Below the pieces are notes generated by a model. That model was not told the origin of the DNA. It made no database searches and was given only the letters and a program-made list of their open reading frames with translations. From Alphaproteobacteria bacterium (GTDB lineage Bacteria; Pseudomonadota; Alphaproteobacteria; SP197), in contig OZ251464.1 in assembly GCA_965242595.1 (NCBI GenBank), forward strand, positions 2,568,021-2,632,020: a stretch of DNA of 64,000 bases, in the 5' to 3' direction. The stretch's first letter is position 1; every line of letters begins with the position of its first letter. Positions 19,664 through 28,488 of this stretch are shown piece by piece. The position numbers and the translations under genes were made by a program.

Positions 19664-21703
19664 ATGACCCGCGATCCACGCTACGACATCCTGTTCGAAC
19701 CGGTCGCCATCGGGCCGGTGACGGCGCCCAATCGCTTCTACCAGGTGCCGCATTGCTCCGGCATGGGCTTCGCCATGCCGCGCACGCTGAACGCCATGCG
19801 CGAGGTCAAGGCCGAGGGCGGCTGGGGCGTGGTGTGCACCGAATACTGCTCCACCGACCCTTCCTCCGACGACCACCCCTATCCCTATTGCACCTTGTGG
19901 GACGAGGGCGATGTCAGGAACCAGGCGGCCATGGTGGAGGCGGTGCATCGCCACGGGGCGCTGGCCGGCGTCGAGCTGTGGCACGGCGGCTATGCCGCGG
20001 AAAACTGGCTTTCGCGCGCCGTCTCCATGGCACCCATGTCCATGCCGGTCTGGCATGGCAGCGGCCAGACCCGGGCCATGGACAAGGCCGATATCCGCGA
20101 ATTCCGCCGCAACCATCGCGCCTCGGCGCTGCGGGCGAAGCAGGCCGGCTTCGACATCGTCTATGTCTATGCTGCCCATGGCTATCTGCCGGCGCAGTTC
20201 CTCTCGCCGGTGCAGAACCGGCGCACGGACGAATATGGCGGCAGCTTCGAGAACCGCGCCCGCCTGATCAAGGAGTTGCTGGAGGAGACCGGCGAGGCGG
20301 TGGGGGCCGAATGCGGCGTCGCCATCCGCTTTGCCGTCGACAACCTGGATACCGACATGGGCATCGACAGCGACGGCGACGGGCGGGCGCTGGTGGAATA
20401 TCTGGCCGAACTTCCGGATTTGTGGGACGTCAACATCGCCAACTTCCCGGCCGATGCCCGCACCGCCCGTTTCGCCGAAGAGGGCGCCCAGGAGGCCCAT
20501 ATCGCCTTCGTCAAACAGGTGACGTCGAAGCCGGTGGTGATCGTGGGCCGCTATACCGGCCCCGACCGCATGGCCAGCATCGTCGCCGCCGGCCTGACCG
20601 ATCTGATCGGCGCCGCCCGCCCGTCCATCGCCGATCCCTTCCTGCCGAAGAAGATCGAGCAGGGCCGCAGCGAAGACATCCGCGAATGCATCGGCTGCAA
20701 TGTCTGCATCATGGGCGACGGCAACGGCGTTCCCATCCGCTGCACCCAGAACCCGACCATGGGCGAGGAATGGCGCCGCGGCTGGCATCCGGAGCGGATC
20801 GCCCCCAAAGGCGGCGACGGCAAGGTGCTGATCGTCGGCGCCGGCCCGGCCGGGCTGGAGGCGGCGCGGGCCGCCGGCCAGCGGGGCTATCGCGTCACCC
20901 TGGCGGAGGCCCGCCCCGAGGTGGGCGGCCGGGCGGCCCGCGAGGCGCGTCTGCCGGGGCTTGCCACCTTCGCGCGGGTGAGAGACTGGCGAACGGGCCA
21001 GATCGCCGCCATGCCGGGGGTGGAGCTGTTTCGGGAAAGCCGGCTGCAGGCGGCCCAGGTGCTGGAGTTCGGCTTCGACCATGTCTGCATCGCCACCGGC
21101 GCCACCTGGCGCCCCGATGGCACCGGGCGATCCAGCTTCCGCCCCTTCGAAGGCTGGCGCCACCGGCGCGTGGGCACGCCCGACGACGTCATGGCCGGGC
21201 GCGCCTTCGAAGGCCGCGTGCTGGTCTATGACGACGACCATTTCTACATGGGCGGCGTCGTTGCCGAGGCGCTGGCCGGGGCCGGCAACCGGGTGGTGTT
21301 CGTCACCAGCGCCGACAGCGTTTCGCCGGATTGCGAGCGCACCCTGGACCAGGCGCGCATCCAGGCGCGGCTGATCCAGCTGGGCATCGAGATCGTCACC
21401 GCCCACACGCTGCAGGCCTTCGACGGCAGCCACGCCCTGCTGGCCTGCGGCTATGGCGGCGGCGAGCGCAAGGTGGCCTGCGACAGCCTGGTGGCGGTGA
21501 CCTCACGCGAACCCTGCGACGCGCTCTACCGCGAGCTCGCCGCCCGTCCCGAACGGCTGGCGGCGGCCGGCATCGCCAGCCTGAAGCGCATCGGCGATTG
21601 CGAGGCGCCCGACATCGTCGCCGCCGCCGTCCATGCCGGCCACCTCTACGCCCGCACCCTGGACGCCAAAGACGAGGTCAGGCGCGACCGCGTCGTGCTG
21701 TAG
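19664..21703 (+). CDS. FMN/[4Fe-4S]/ADP-binding flavoprotein of the trimethylamine-dehydrogenase / N-methylproline-demethylase / 2,4-dienoyl-CoA-reductase family
   Basis: MTRDPRYDILFEPVAIGPVTAPNRFYQVPHC.. is an OYE-like TIM barrel. ..ECIGCNVCI.. is the Cys cluster. ..VLIVGAGPAGLEAARAAGQRGYRVTLAE.. is a dinucleotide fold. The ATG at 19664 was checked by hand. Confidence 0.85.
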   Translation: MTRDPRYDILFEPVAIGPVTAPNRFYQVPHCSGMGFAMPRTLNAMREVKAEGGWGVVCTEYCSTDPSSDDHPYPYCTLWDEGDVRNQAAMVEAVHRHGALAGVELWHGGYAAENWLSRAVSMAPMSMPVWHGSGQTRAMDKADIREFRRNHRASALRAKQAGFDIVYVYAAHGYLPAQFLSPVQNRRTDEYGGSFENRARLIKELLEETGEAVGAECGVAIRFAVDNLDTDMGIDSDGDGRALVEYLAELPDLWDVNIANFPADARTARFAEEGAQEAHIAFVKQVTSKPVVIVGRYTGPDRMASIVAAGLTDLIGAARPSIADPFLPKKIEQGRSEDIRECIGCNVCIMGDGNGVPIRCTQNPTMGEEWRRGWHPERIAPKGGDGKVLIVGAGPAGLEAARAAGQRGYRVTLAEARPEVGGRAAREARLPGLATFARVRDWRTGQIAAMPGVELFRESRLQAAQVLEFGFDHVCIATGATWRPDGTGRSSFRPFEGWRHRRVGTPDDVMAGRAFEGRVLVYDDDHFYMGGVVAEALAGAGNRVVFVTSADSVSPDCERTLDQARIQARLIQLGIEIVTAHTLQAFDGSHALLACGYGGGERKVACDSLVAVTSREPCDALYRELAARPERLAAAGIASLKRIGDCEAPDIVAAAVHAGHLYARTLDAKDEVRRDRVVL

Positions 21704-21769
21704 GCCGGGGCTAGCGAGCTGCCACAGGCCATGCTATGACGATGCTCGCTCGCAGAAGGTAGCGCCGCC

Positions 21770-22945
21770 ATGCCCGAAGAGCCGAACGGCCGCTTGCACC
21801 TCCCAAGCCTCTCCATCAAGGGCTTTCGGGGCATCGACGAGCTCGACATCCCACATTTAGGCCGTGTGACCTTGCTAACCGGTAGAAACGGCGTTGGCAA
21901 AACGACGGTTCTGGAAGCTGTTCGGATCTATGCTTCGCGAGGTAGTGAGCATGTGCTATCCAGTCTTCTGTGGGAGCATGAAGAGTACGCAGTTGCTGTT
22001 GACGAAGATGAAGACAGGACGTTTGCCCCGGATCTTGCGACCTTGTTTCATGGTCGCAAAGTATCACTGGATTCTCGTATCGAGATCGGACAATCAGGCA
22101 AAAGGAATCTCATAATTAAGGCAACTACCCCGAGTCATCCTCAAGCAGATCTCTTGGAGAAAGAAGGACTGTATTATGACGCGCAATCGGATACCTCCTT
22201 GTTGGCAATAGCGGTTACACTTTCTGATCGTGAACGAATATTACCTTTGTTTTTTTCACGATACTATCCTTCCATGATGAAAAGGCGCAGACTCTCTCGA
22301 CGATTTGTTGAAGAGCATGGGGAATGGCCGCCAGCATTGAAGTGTCAACCTCTTGGTCCTGGTTTGCTTGACAACAACGCTGTGGCAGGATTTTGGGACG
22401 CCGTGGCACTGACAGAAGATGGAGATCGCGCGGTCGAGGCTTTGAATCTCGTGCTTCATGACAACAAAGCGGCTCAAGTAGCTATGATCGGTGACGATCC
22501 ACGACGCTACCCCCCACGCTATCTCCCATATGCTCGGGCGCTTTACGAGCGGAGGGCTGTCGTAAAACTGCAAGGCCACGACGGACCTGTGCCATTGAAA
22601 AGTCTCGGTGATGGGGCGATACGGCTTTTCGGAGTCGCTCTCGCTCTGGCCGGTAGCCGCGGCGGGTTTCTGGTTATCGATGAGGCCGAGAATGGCATCC
22701 ACTACTCCGCTCACACCGACCTCTGGCGTATGATTTTGCAGACGGCGCGCAAGAATGATGTGCAAGTCTTCGCGACAACTCACAGCTTTGATTGTGTGAA
22801 TGGGTTTGCAAAAGCAGCTTTGGAGGATCCAATGAGTGAAGGCAGGCTTGTGCGATTGGAAAAGAAAGGCGGGCAGATTCGCGCTGTCGCCTATTCGGAG
22901 GACGAGCTCAAAATCGCCTCTGAACAAGGCATAGAGGTTCGCTAG
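21770..22945 (+). CDS. ABC/RecF-like AAA ATPase (AAA_15/AAA_21 type), AriA/AbiL-ATPase-like
   Basis: LSIKGFRGIDELDIPHLGRVTLLTGRNGVGKTTVLEAVRIY (Walker A); ..LKSLGDGAIRLFGVALALAGSRGGFLVIDEAENGIHYS.. (signature-like motif plus Walker B/D-loop); ..VFATTHSFD (H-loop). AT-rich codon usage contrasts with the flanks. Confidence 0.85.
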   Translation: MPEEPNGRLHLPSLSIKGFRGIDELDIPHLGRVTLLTGRNGVGKTTVLEAVRIYASRGSEHVLSSLLWEHEEYAVAVDEDEDRTFAPDLATLFHGRKVSLDSRIEIGQSGKRNLIIKATTPSHPQADLLEKEGLYYDAQSDTSLLAIAVTLSDRERILPLFFSRYYPSMMKRRRLSRRFVEEHGEWPPALKCQPLGPGLLDNNAVAGFWDAVALTEDGDRAVEALNLVLHDNKAAQVAMIGDDPRRYPPRYLPYARALYERRAVVKLQGHDGPVPLKSLGDGAIRLFGVALALAGSRGGFLVIDEAENGIHYSAHTDLWRMILQTARKNDVQVFATTHSFDCVNGFAKAALEDPMSEGRLVRLEKKGGQIRAVAYSEDELKIASEQGIEVR

Positions 22946-22947
22946 GT

Positions 22948-23634
22948 GTGCTTCCGATGGGTGTTCCTGCGAAGAGGCTTTTGATTGTCGAAGGACCGGA
23001 TGACAAACACGTCATTCGCCATCTCCTTAAGAAGCTAGGCTATGAGACTAAAATTGTTAAAGAGAATGGCCGCGTTCACTTTGTTTGTCGGCACTCGGAT
23101 CGTATGGCATACTTCCGCATCGTCGACAAAGGAGGTATCAATCAACTTCTCGACGCTATCGCCCAAGAAGCCAAGGTGTCAGGGCGGCTTGCTCTTGGTA
23201 TCGTTGCTGACGCAAATGAAACCCCATGTTCTCGTTGGAAGGCCATTTCGGACCGGATTCGGAAAATAGAAGTTGAACCGCTTTCATTGCCTGACGAGCG
23301 TGAGCCAGAAGGCACAGTTATCGGGAATATGCTGCGCGTTGGTGTTTGGTTGATGCCGGATAATCGGCGGTGTGGAGAAATTGAAGACTTTGTGCAGGAA
23401 ATGATCCCGGATGATGATCCTGTTTGGCCTTTATCCAAGCAATACATCGGTGATATTCCTTCTCATGACAGGAAGTTTACTCGCAAAAAGAGGACTCGGG
23501 CCGAGCTTTATGCTTGGATGGCAACAAGAAAAGAACCTAGCCGTATGGGAACGGCCATCGGTAGCGGCGATCTGAAGACTGACGGTGAGCTTTGCGCATC
23601 GTTCTCGCGGTGGATCCAGCGTCTGTTCACATAA
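22948..23634 (+). CDS. small Toprim-like protein (DUF4435/DUF3226/DUF4276-type partner of AAA_21 ATPases)
   Basis: The N-terminal strand KRLLIVEGPDDKHVIRHLL matches the xVEGxxD glutamate motif of OLD-type Toprim domains. A second acidic strand, LALGIVADANE, follows. The gene starts 2 nt after the ATPase stop (GTG 22948, or ATG 22957). The family assignment is from memory of consensus sequences and has not been searched. Confidence 0.6.
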   Translation: MLPMGVPAKRLLIVEGPDDKHVIRHLLKKLGYETKIVKENGRVHFVCRHSDRMAYFRIVDKGGINQLLDAIAQEAKVSGRLALGIVADANETPCSRWKAISDRIRKIEVEPLSLPDEREPEGTVIGNMLRVGVWLMPDNRRCGEIEDFVQEMIPDDDPVWPLSKQYIGDIPSHDRKFTRKKRTRAELYAWMATRKEPSRMGTAIGSGDLKTDGELCASFSRWIQRLFT

Positions 23635-23645
23635 CACCTGCGCAC

Positions 23646-24965
23646 TCAGCCTCTCATAGACCAGCGGTCGAGGAGCTTCATCCAGCCCACCACCAGCGGC
23701 AGGAACCAGGGGTCGCCGCGGTAGAAGGGCACGGTCGGGAAGGGCCGGTCGTCCAGCGGTGTGGCCGCATCGGCGTCGCCCAGAATGCGCAGCGCCGTCT
23801 TGTGGCCCAGCCAGGTTCCCATCGGCACGCCGGCGGCGCACCAGCCCATGGCGTAATGCAGGCCGTCATGGCGGCCGCCATGGGGCAGCATGTCGAAGCT
23901 GAAGGCGACCTTGCCGGTCCAGCAATGGCTCAGCCTGGCGCCCGCCAGCGCCGGCACCAGGCGCACCATGGCGGCGTGGAGGCGGCCGGCCTTGGCATCC
24001 AGCGCCTGCGGCCCCTCGCCGGTAAGGCCGCCGAACAGCACCCGGGTGCCGTCTTCGCTGGGCCGCATCCAGCAGGGCGTGTTGCGGTTTTCGATCATCG
24101 GCCGCCCGCCGGGCATCGCCTCGGCCATCAGCGCCGCCGGCAGCGGCTCGGTGGCGATCATGAAGGCCGGCACGGGCACGACGCGCCGCCGCTGCCAGGG
24201 CAGCGCCCGGGGCGTGTAGCCATTGGTGGCCACCACCACCTCGCGGGCGGCGATGGCGCCCTTGGCCGTCGTCACCGTGAAGCCGGCCTTTTCGCGCACC
24301 ACGCCCGTCGCCGGGCAGAAGCCCACGATGTCGGCGCCCTGCGAGCGGGCGCGCCGCAGCAGCCCGTTGTGATAGAGGCCGGTATGCACCAGGCCGTTGC
24401 CGCGCAGCAGCTGGCCGCCGCGATACAGATCGCTGGCGATGTAGTCGCGCTGGCGCTCCGGCCCCACCATCTCGGCATCGACCGGCACGCCGTCCGCCAC
24501 CATCATCTCCAGGTCGCGTTCCAGCTTGTCGAAGGCCGCCCTGGAAGGGGCGGCGATGAAACGGCCGCTGTTGCGGTAGAAACAGGCGATCTGCTCGTCG
24601 CGGATCAGGCCGGCGGCATAATCGTGGGCGGCGATGGCGGCGCGGGCCAGCTCGGCCGCCCTGGCCCGCCCCACGGCCCTGGCCATATCGCCATATTTGA
24701 ACCACAGGCTGCGGCCCAGATAGCCGGCATTGCGCGTGCTGGCGCCGTGGCCCGCCGCCTCGGCATCCAGCACCACCACCCGGCGCCCGCCCCTGGCCAG
24801 GGTCAGCGCGCAGGAAAGGCCGACATTGCCCGCCCCGATCACCGCCACATCGGCTCGGCGGGGCGGCATGGCGCCATCGTCTTCAGGGCGCGGGGCCAGA
24901 TCCCACCAATAAGGGGTTTGCCTGAAGCCGGGGGCGAGAACGCCCGCCTCACGGGAAGCAGCCAT
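23646..24965 (-). CDS. FAD-dependent oxidoreductase (DAO family)
   Basis: ..ADVAVIGAGNVGLSCALTLARGGRRVVVLDAE.. is a GxGxxG Rossmann N-terminus. The gene is 439 aa. Confidence 0.8.
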   Translation of the reverse strand: MAASREAGVLAPGFRQTPYWWDLAPRPEDDGAMPPRRADVAVIGAGNVGLSCALTLARGGRRVVVLDAEAAGHGASTRNAGYLGRSLWFKYGDMARAVGRARAAELARAAIAAHDYAAGLIRDEQIACFYRNSGRFIAAPSRAAFDKLERDLEMMVADGVPVDAEMVGPERQRDYIASDLYRGGQLLRGNGLVHTGLYHNGLLRRARSQGADIVGFCPATGVVREKAGFTVTTAKGAIAAREVVVATNGYTPRALPWQRRRVVPVPAFMIATEPLPAALMAEAMPGGRPMIENRNTPCWMRPSEDGTRVLFGGLTGEGPQALDAKAGRLHAAMVRLVPALAGARLSHCWTGKVAFSFDMLPHGGRHDGLHYAMGWCAAGVPMGTWLGHKTALRILGDADAATPLDDRPFPTVPFYRGDPWFLPLVVGWMKLLDRWSMRG

Positions 24966-25965
24966 GGTCCCTCCTCGCGTCGGCCTGCGGCGAGGCCACC
25001 GTCCTGCCCAGCCGCACCGCCGTCTGGCCCCGGGCCGGCAGGCGGGCGGGCATGACCATGATGCAATCGCGGTAGGGCGTGACGATTTCGCGCCCGCCGT
25101 CGTGGGCGATGGGGGTTTGCGCCTCGGCCACCGTCTCGAAGCCCTGGAAGCGGCGGGCGAAGCGGAAATCGTCGCTGACCGCCGTCACCGCATGGGTGAC
25201 CTCGATGAAAAGCTGGCCCGCCGCCGCGCCCCCGTCCACGAGCTGGGCGTCCATGTGTCGGGCCAGATAGTCGCCGCTTGCCGCCCGGTGGCAGACCAGG
25301 AAGGCCAGCGCGGTCTGGATCGCCACCGCCACCGCCTCTGGCCGGAAGTGATAGCCGCACTCCACCAGGCAGGCGCTGTGGGGAAGGGCCGGATCGTCGA
25401 AGCGGGCATAGTCGCGCAGGCGCCGTCCGGCGGCGTGGCCGGCATCGATCACCACATGGCGCGGGCGGGCGATGGCCGCCGCCAGGGCCTGCCCTTTCTC
25501 CCTGCTGCCGGCCAGCAGCATGGCGGGCTGCGGCAGGTCCACCGAATGGATGTCCAGCAGGCTGTCGATGTCGTCCACCAGCGGCCTCATGGCGCGGGCG
25601 CGGGCCAGCTCCACGCTCTGGCGCGGGCCATCCAGGGTGGCGCTATCCCACAGGCGGTTGAAATCCTCGTCCACGAAGCGCGAATCGTAGGGCCGTGCGG
25701 CGTCGAAGGCGCCATAGGCGGCCACATTGGCGAAGGACAATGTCAGCCGCCCCCGGCTGGGGCGGCAGCCGCTTTCGAACAGAAAGGCCAGGGCGTGGGC
25801 GCCGCACAGCTCGTTGCCGTGGGTCAGCGCGTTGATCATCAGATGCGGCCCCGGCCTCCCGCTGTCGAAGGTGGTGGCGTAATCGATGCCGGCGTTGCCC
25901 TTGCGGTAGGGCGCGATGTCACAGGGCAGCAGGCGGATATCGCCGCCATCGGGTCGCTCGTTCAT
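24949..25965 (-). CDS. succinylglutamate desuccinylase/aspartoacylase (AstE/AspA) family zinc hydrolase
   Basis: ..HLMINALTHGNELCGAHALAFL.. is the H-x-x-E zinc motif typical of the family. The gene is 338 aa and overlaps the downstream oxidoreductase start by 17 nt. Confidence 0.7.
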   Translation of the reverse strand: MNERPDGGDIRLLPCDIAPYRKGNAGIDYATTFDSGRPGPHLMINALTHGNELCGAHALAFLFESGCRPSRGRLTLSFANVAAYGAFDAARPYDSRFVDEDFNRLWDSATLDGPRQSVELARARAMRPLVDDIDSLLDIHSVDLPQPAMLLAGSREKGQALAAAIARPRHVVIDAGHAAGRRLRDYARFDDPALPHSACLVECGYHFRPEAVAVAIQTALAFLVCHRAASGDYLARHMDAQLVDGGAAAGQLFIEVTHAVTAVSDDFRFARRFQGFETVAEAQTPIAHDGGREIVTPYRDCIMVMPARLPARGQTAVRLGRTVASPQADARRDHGCFP

Positions 25966-25977
25966 GCCTTCCTCAGT

Positions 25978-26796
25978 TCAGGTCGCGAACTGCTCCTTCA
26001 GGATGCGTTCCTCGAGATTGTGCTCGGGGTCGAACAGCAGGGTGACGGTGCGGCTGTCGTCGCTGGCGATCTCCACCCGCACCACGTCGCGCACTTCGGT
26101 GGCGTCGGCGACGGCGCTCACCGGGCGCTTGGCGTGGTCCAGCACCTCGAAGACGACCCTGCTCGCCTCCGGCAGGATGGCGCCGCGCCAGCGGCGGGGG
26201 CGGAAGGCGCTGATGGGGGTGAGCGCCAGCGAGCGCGAGCCGATGGGCAGGATGGGGCCGTGGGCCGAAAGGTTGTAGGCGGTGCTGCCGGCGGCGGTGG
26301 CCAGCAGCACGCCGTCGCAGGCCAGCGCCTTCATGCGCACCACGCCGTCGATGGCGATGGCCACCCTGGCGGTCTGGCGGGTCTGGCGCAGCAGCGCCAC
26401 CTCGTTGATGGCCAGCGCGTCGTGGCGGCTGCCGGCGGCGTCCAGGGCGGCCATCCGCAGCGGTTTCAGCACCGTGGGCTGGGCGGCGCGGATACGCTCC
26501 AGCAGGCCTGCGCCCTCCTTCCAGGCGTTCATCAGGAACCCGACCGAGCCGCGGTTCACGCCATAGACCGCCACCTTCGTGCCCAGACAGGCGCGCAGCG
26601 TCTCCAGCATGAAGCCATCGCCGCCCAGGGCCACGATCACCTCCGCCCCGGCGGGCTGGCGGGCGCCGTGTATCGCCTCCAGCCTGGCCCGGGCGCGGCG
26701 CGCCTTGGCAGCGGGCGAGGAGACGAAGGCGATGGTCGGCGTGGGGGTCGGCGCGGGCGCGGGCATGGCGGCCTCTGCGGGGGCGGGCGGGGCCAT
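25978..26796 (-). CDS. nadK: NAD(+) kinase
   Basis: ..[16 protein letters not shown].. (GGDG motif) ..[14 protein letters not shown].. ..[19 protein letters not shown]... The start is ambiguous (26796 or 26766). Confidence 0.85.
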   Translation of the reverse strand: MAPPAPAEAAMPAPAPTPTPTIAFVSSPAAKARRARARLEAIHGARQPAGAEVIVALGGDGFMLETLRACLGTKVAVYGVNRGSVGFLMNAWKEGAGLLERIRAAQPTVLKPLRMAALDAAGSRHDALAINEVALLRQTRQTARVAIAIDGVVRMKALACDGVLLATAAGSTAYNLSAHGPILPIGSRSLALTPISAFRPRRWRGAILPEASRVVFEVLDHAKRPVSAVADATEVRDVVRVEIASDDSRTVTLLFDPEHNLEERILKEQFAT

Positions 26797-26852
26797 TATA
26801 CGCCGCCGGGGCGGTTTTCGCGCAGGCCGGGCGAATGCGCTAGCATGGCGCC

Positions 26853-27261
26853 ATGCCACGCTTTGCCGCCAACCTCTCCACCATGTTCACGGAGCTGCCC
26901 TTCCGGAGCGTTTCGCAGCAGGTGGCGGCGGCGCGGCGGGCGGCGCGTGGTGGGGGCGGTAGGGCGCGACAATGTGCCGATCCAGTTCGATGCCTATCGC
27001 TGCCAGGTGGCCGAGGGCGACCCGGCGCGCCGCTTTGCAGAGCTGCCGCCGGCGATCGGTCATATGATCGGCCATATCCAGATCTCCGACCGTCCCGGGC
27101 GCCACGAGCCCGGCAGCGGCGAAATCGCCTGGCTGTTCGACGCCATCGACCGGGCGGGCTACAGAGGCTGGGTGGGAGCCGAATACCACCCGGCCGGCAC
27201 CACATGGGAGGGGCTGGGCCGGTTCCAGCCCTATAAGGCAAGCCAGGGGAGGCAGGCATGA
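26853..27261 (+). pseudogene. hyi: hydroxypyruvate isomerase remnant (frameshifted and internally deleted)
   Basis: The N-terminus [17 protein letters not shown] is in one frame. ..PERFAAGGGGAAG.. is in a second frame. The C-terminal ..IQFDAYRCQVAEGD..IGHIQISDRPGRHEPGSGEIAWLFDAIDRAGYRGWVGAEYHP.. is in a third frame. The total span is about 136 codons, whereas Hyi proteins are roughly twice that. Confidence 0.7.
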
Positions 27262-28472
27262 TCCAGCAACATCTTCGCGACGCCATCGATTGGGAACAGC
27301 CCTTCACGCCCCAGGAATATGCCGGCCGCCGCCAGCGCGTGCGCCAGGCGCTGGCGGCGGCGGGGCTGGACGCGATCTATGTCACCAACCCGGCCGATCT
27401 CACCTGGCTCACCGGCTACGACATGATCTGGTATCACCTGGAAAACCTCACCGGTCTGCTGGTGACGGCCGCCAGCGACGAAACCCTGTTCTTCGACGGC
27501 ACCGCCCACACCACTATCGTCTCCACCACGCCGGAGATCGGCGCTGTCTGCTGGCTGCAGGCGGGCGCGGTGGAGGCGCAATGCCGCCAGATCGCCGCCC
27601 GCCTGGCCGCCTGCCTGCCCGCCCGACCCCGCCTGGCGCTGCAACCCTGGGCCTATGCCCCCCACGGCCGCGTCCACGCCACCCTGGCGGCGGCCGTGGA
27701 GGCCACCGGCGCGGCCACCGACGACGGCAGCTTCCTGGTGGAAGAGCTGCGGCTGGTGAAATCGCCGGCCGAGATCGCCGTGGTGCGCCGGGCGGCCGAG
27801 ATCGCCGATACCGCCATGGCGGCGGCGCGCGATGCCATCGCCGATGGCGTGATGGAAACCGAGATCGAAGGCGTGCTGATGGCCGCCATGATGAAGGCCG
27901 GCGGCGGCTATCCCGGCATCCGCACCATGGTGGCGTCCGGCCCCCGCAGCGGCACCCATCACAGCCCGGCCCAGCACCGCCGCATCCGCCAGGGCGAGCT
28001 GGTGTTCATCGATTTCTGCGGCTGCCTGCACCGCTATCACGTCAACCTGAACCGCACCTTCTCGCTGGGCGCGCCGGACCGGCGCTGGAGCGAGCTGATG
28101 ACCGCCTCCGCCGGCTGCGCCGATGCCGTGATGGCGGAAATCCGCCCCGGCGATCCCTTCTCCAAGGTGCAGCAGGTGGCCGATGCCCATATCGACCGGG
28201 CCGGGCTGCGGCCCCTGGTGTGGTTCGTCGGCGGCTACACCCTGGGCATCGCCGTGCCCCCCGACTGGTGCGGCAGCCACTGGTTCGAGCCGCGCTTCAA
28301 CCTGGGCGAGCGCACCGTCACCCCCGGCCAGGTCTTCAATCTGGAAAACCAGTTCGATGTCTGGGAAGGCTGGCCGGGCGGGTCCGGCGCCGCCTGGATC
28401 GAAAGCTTCCTGGTCACCGAAAACGGGCTGGAGGTGCTGTCCGCCCTGCCGCGCCATCTGGTGACGGTCTGA
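27258..28472 (+). CDS. M24 family metallopeptidase (Xaa-Pro peptidase/creatinase/ectoine-hydrolase-like)
   Basis: It has a creatinase-type N-domain (..AAGLDAIYVTNPADLTWLTGY..) and a pita-bread C-domain (..GELVFIDFCGCLHRYHVNLNRTF.. ..VFNLENQ..). The gene is 404 aa. Confidence 0.8.
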   Translation: MIQQHLRDAIDWEQPFTPQEYAGRRQRVRQALAAAGLDAIYVTNPADLTWLTGYDMIWYHLENLTGLLVTAASDETLFFDGTAHTTIVSTTPEIGAVCWLQAGAVEAQCRQIAARLAACLPARPRLALQPWAYAPHGRVHATLAAAVEATGAATDDGSFLVEELRLVKSPAEIAVVRRAAEIADTAMAAARDAIADGVMETEIEGVLMAAMMKAGGGYPGIRTMVASGPRSGTHHSPAQHRRIRQGELVFIDFCGCLHRYHVNLNRTFSLGAPDRRWSELMTASAGCADAVMAEIRPGDPFSKVQQVADAHIDRAGLRPLVWFVGGYTLGIAVPPDWCGSHWFEPRFNLGERTVTPGQVFNLENQFDVWEGWPGGSGAAWIESFLVTENGLEVLSALPRHLVTV

Positions 28473-28488
28473 ACCGCTGCGCCCGGCC

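Noticed and set aside
15694-21231. 1845-aa ORF on the plus strand, and similar giants such as 12092..14404, 13494..15680, 28414..30411, 8596..10485, 23592..25055 and 36254..38119.
   Set aside because: These lie antisense or out of frame to genes with clear family motifs. Their translations are low-complexity Arg/Gly/Ala/Pro strings with no motifs. This is typical stop-codon-poor antisense reading in high-GC DNA.
21704-21769. Imperfect inverted repeat (agcgagc ... gctcgct) after the flavoprotein stop as a possible terminator.
   Set aside because: The loop is about 25 nt and there is no T-tract, so it is not convincing as a rho-independent terminator.
24964-27261. 765-aa plus-strand ORF.
   Set aside because: It is antisense to the AstE-like and nadK genes for most of its length. 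Only its last ~100 codons are meaningful, as the Hyi C-terminal remnant, and those are reported as a pseudogene.
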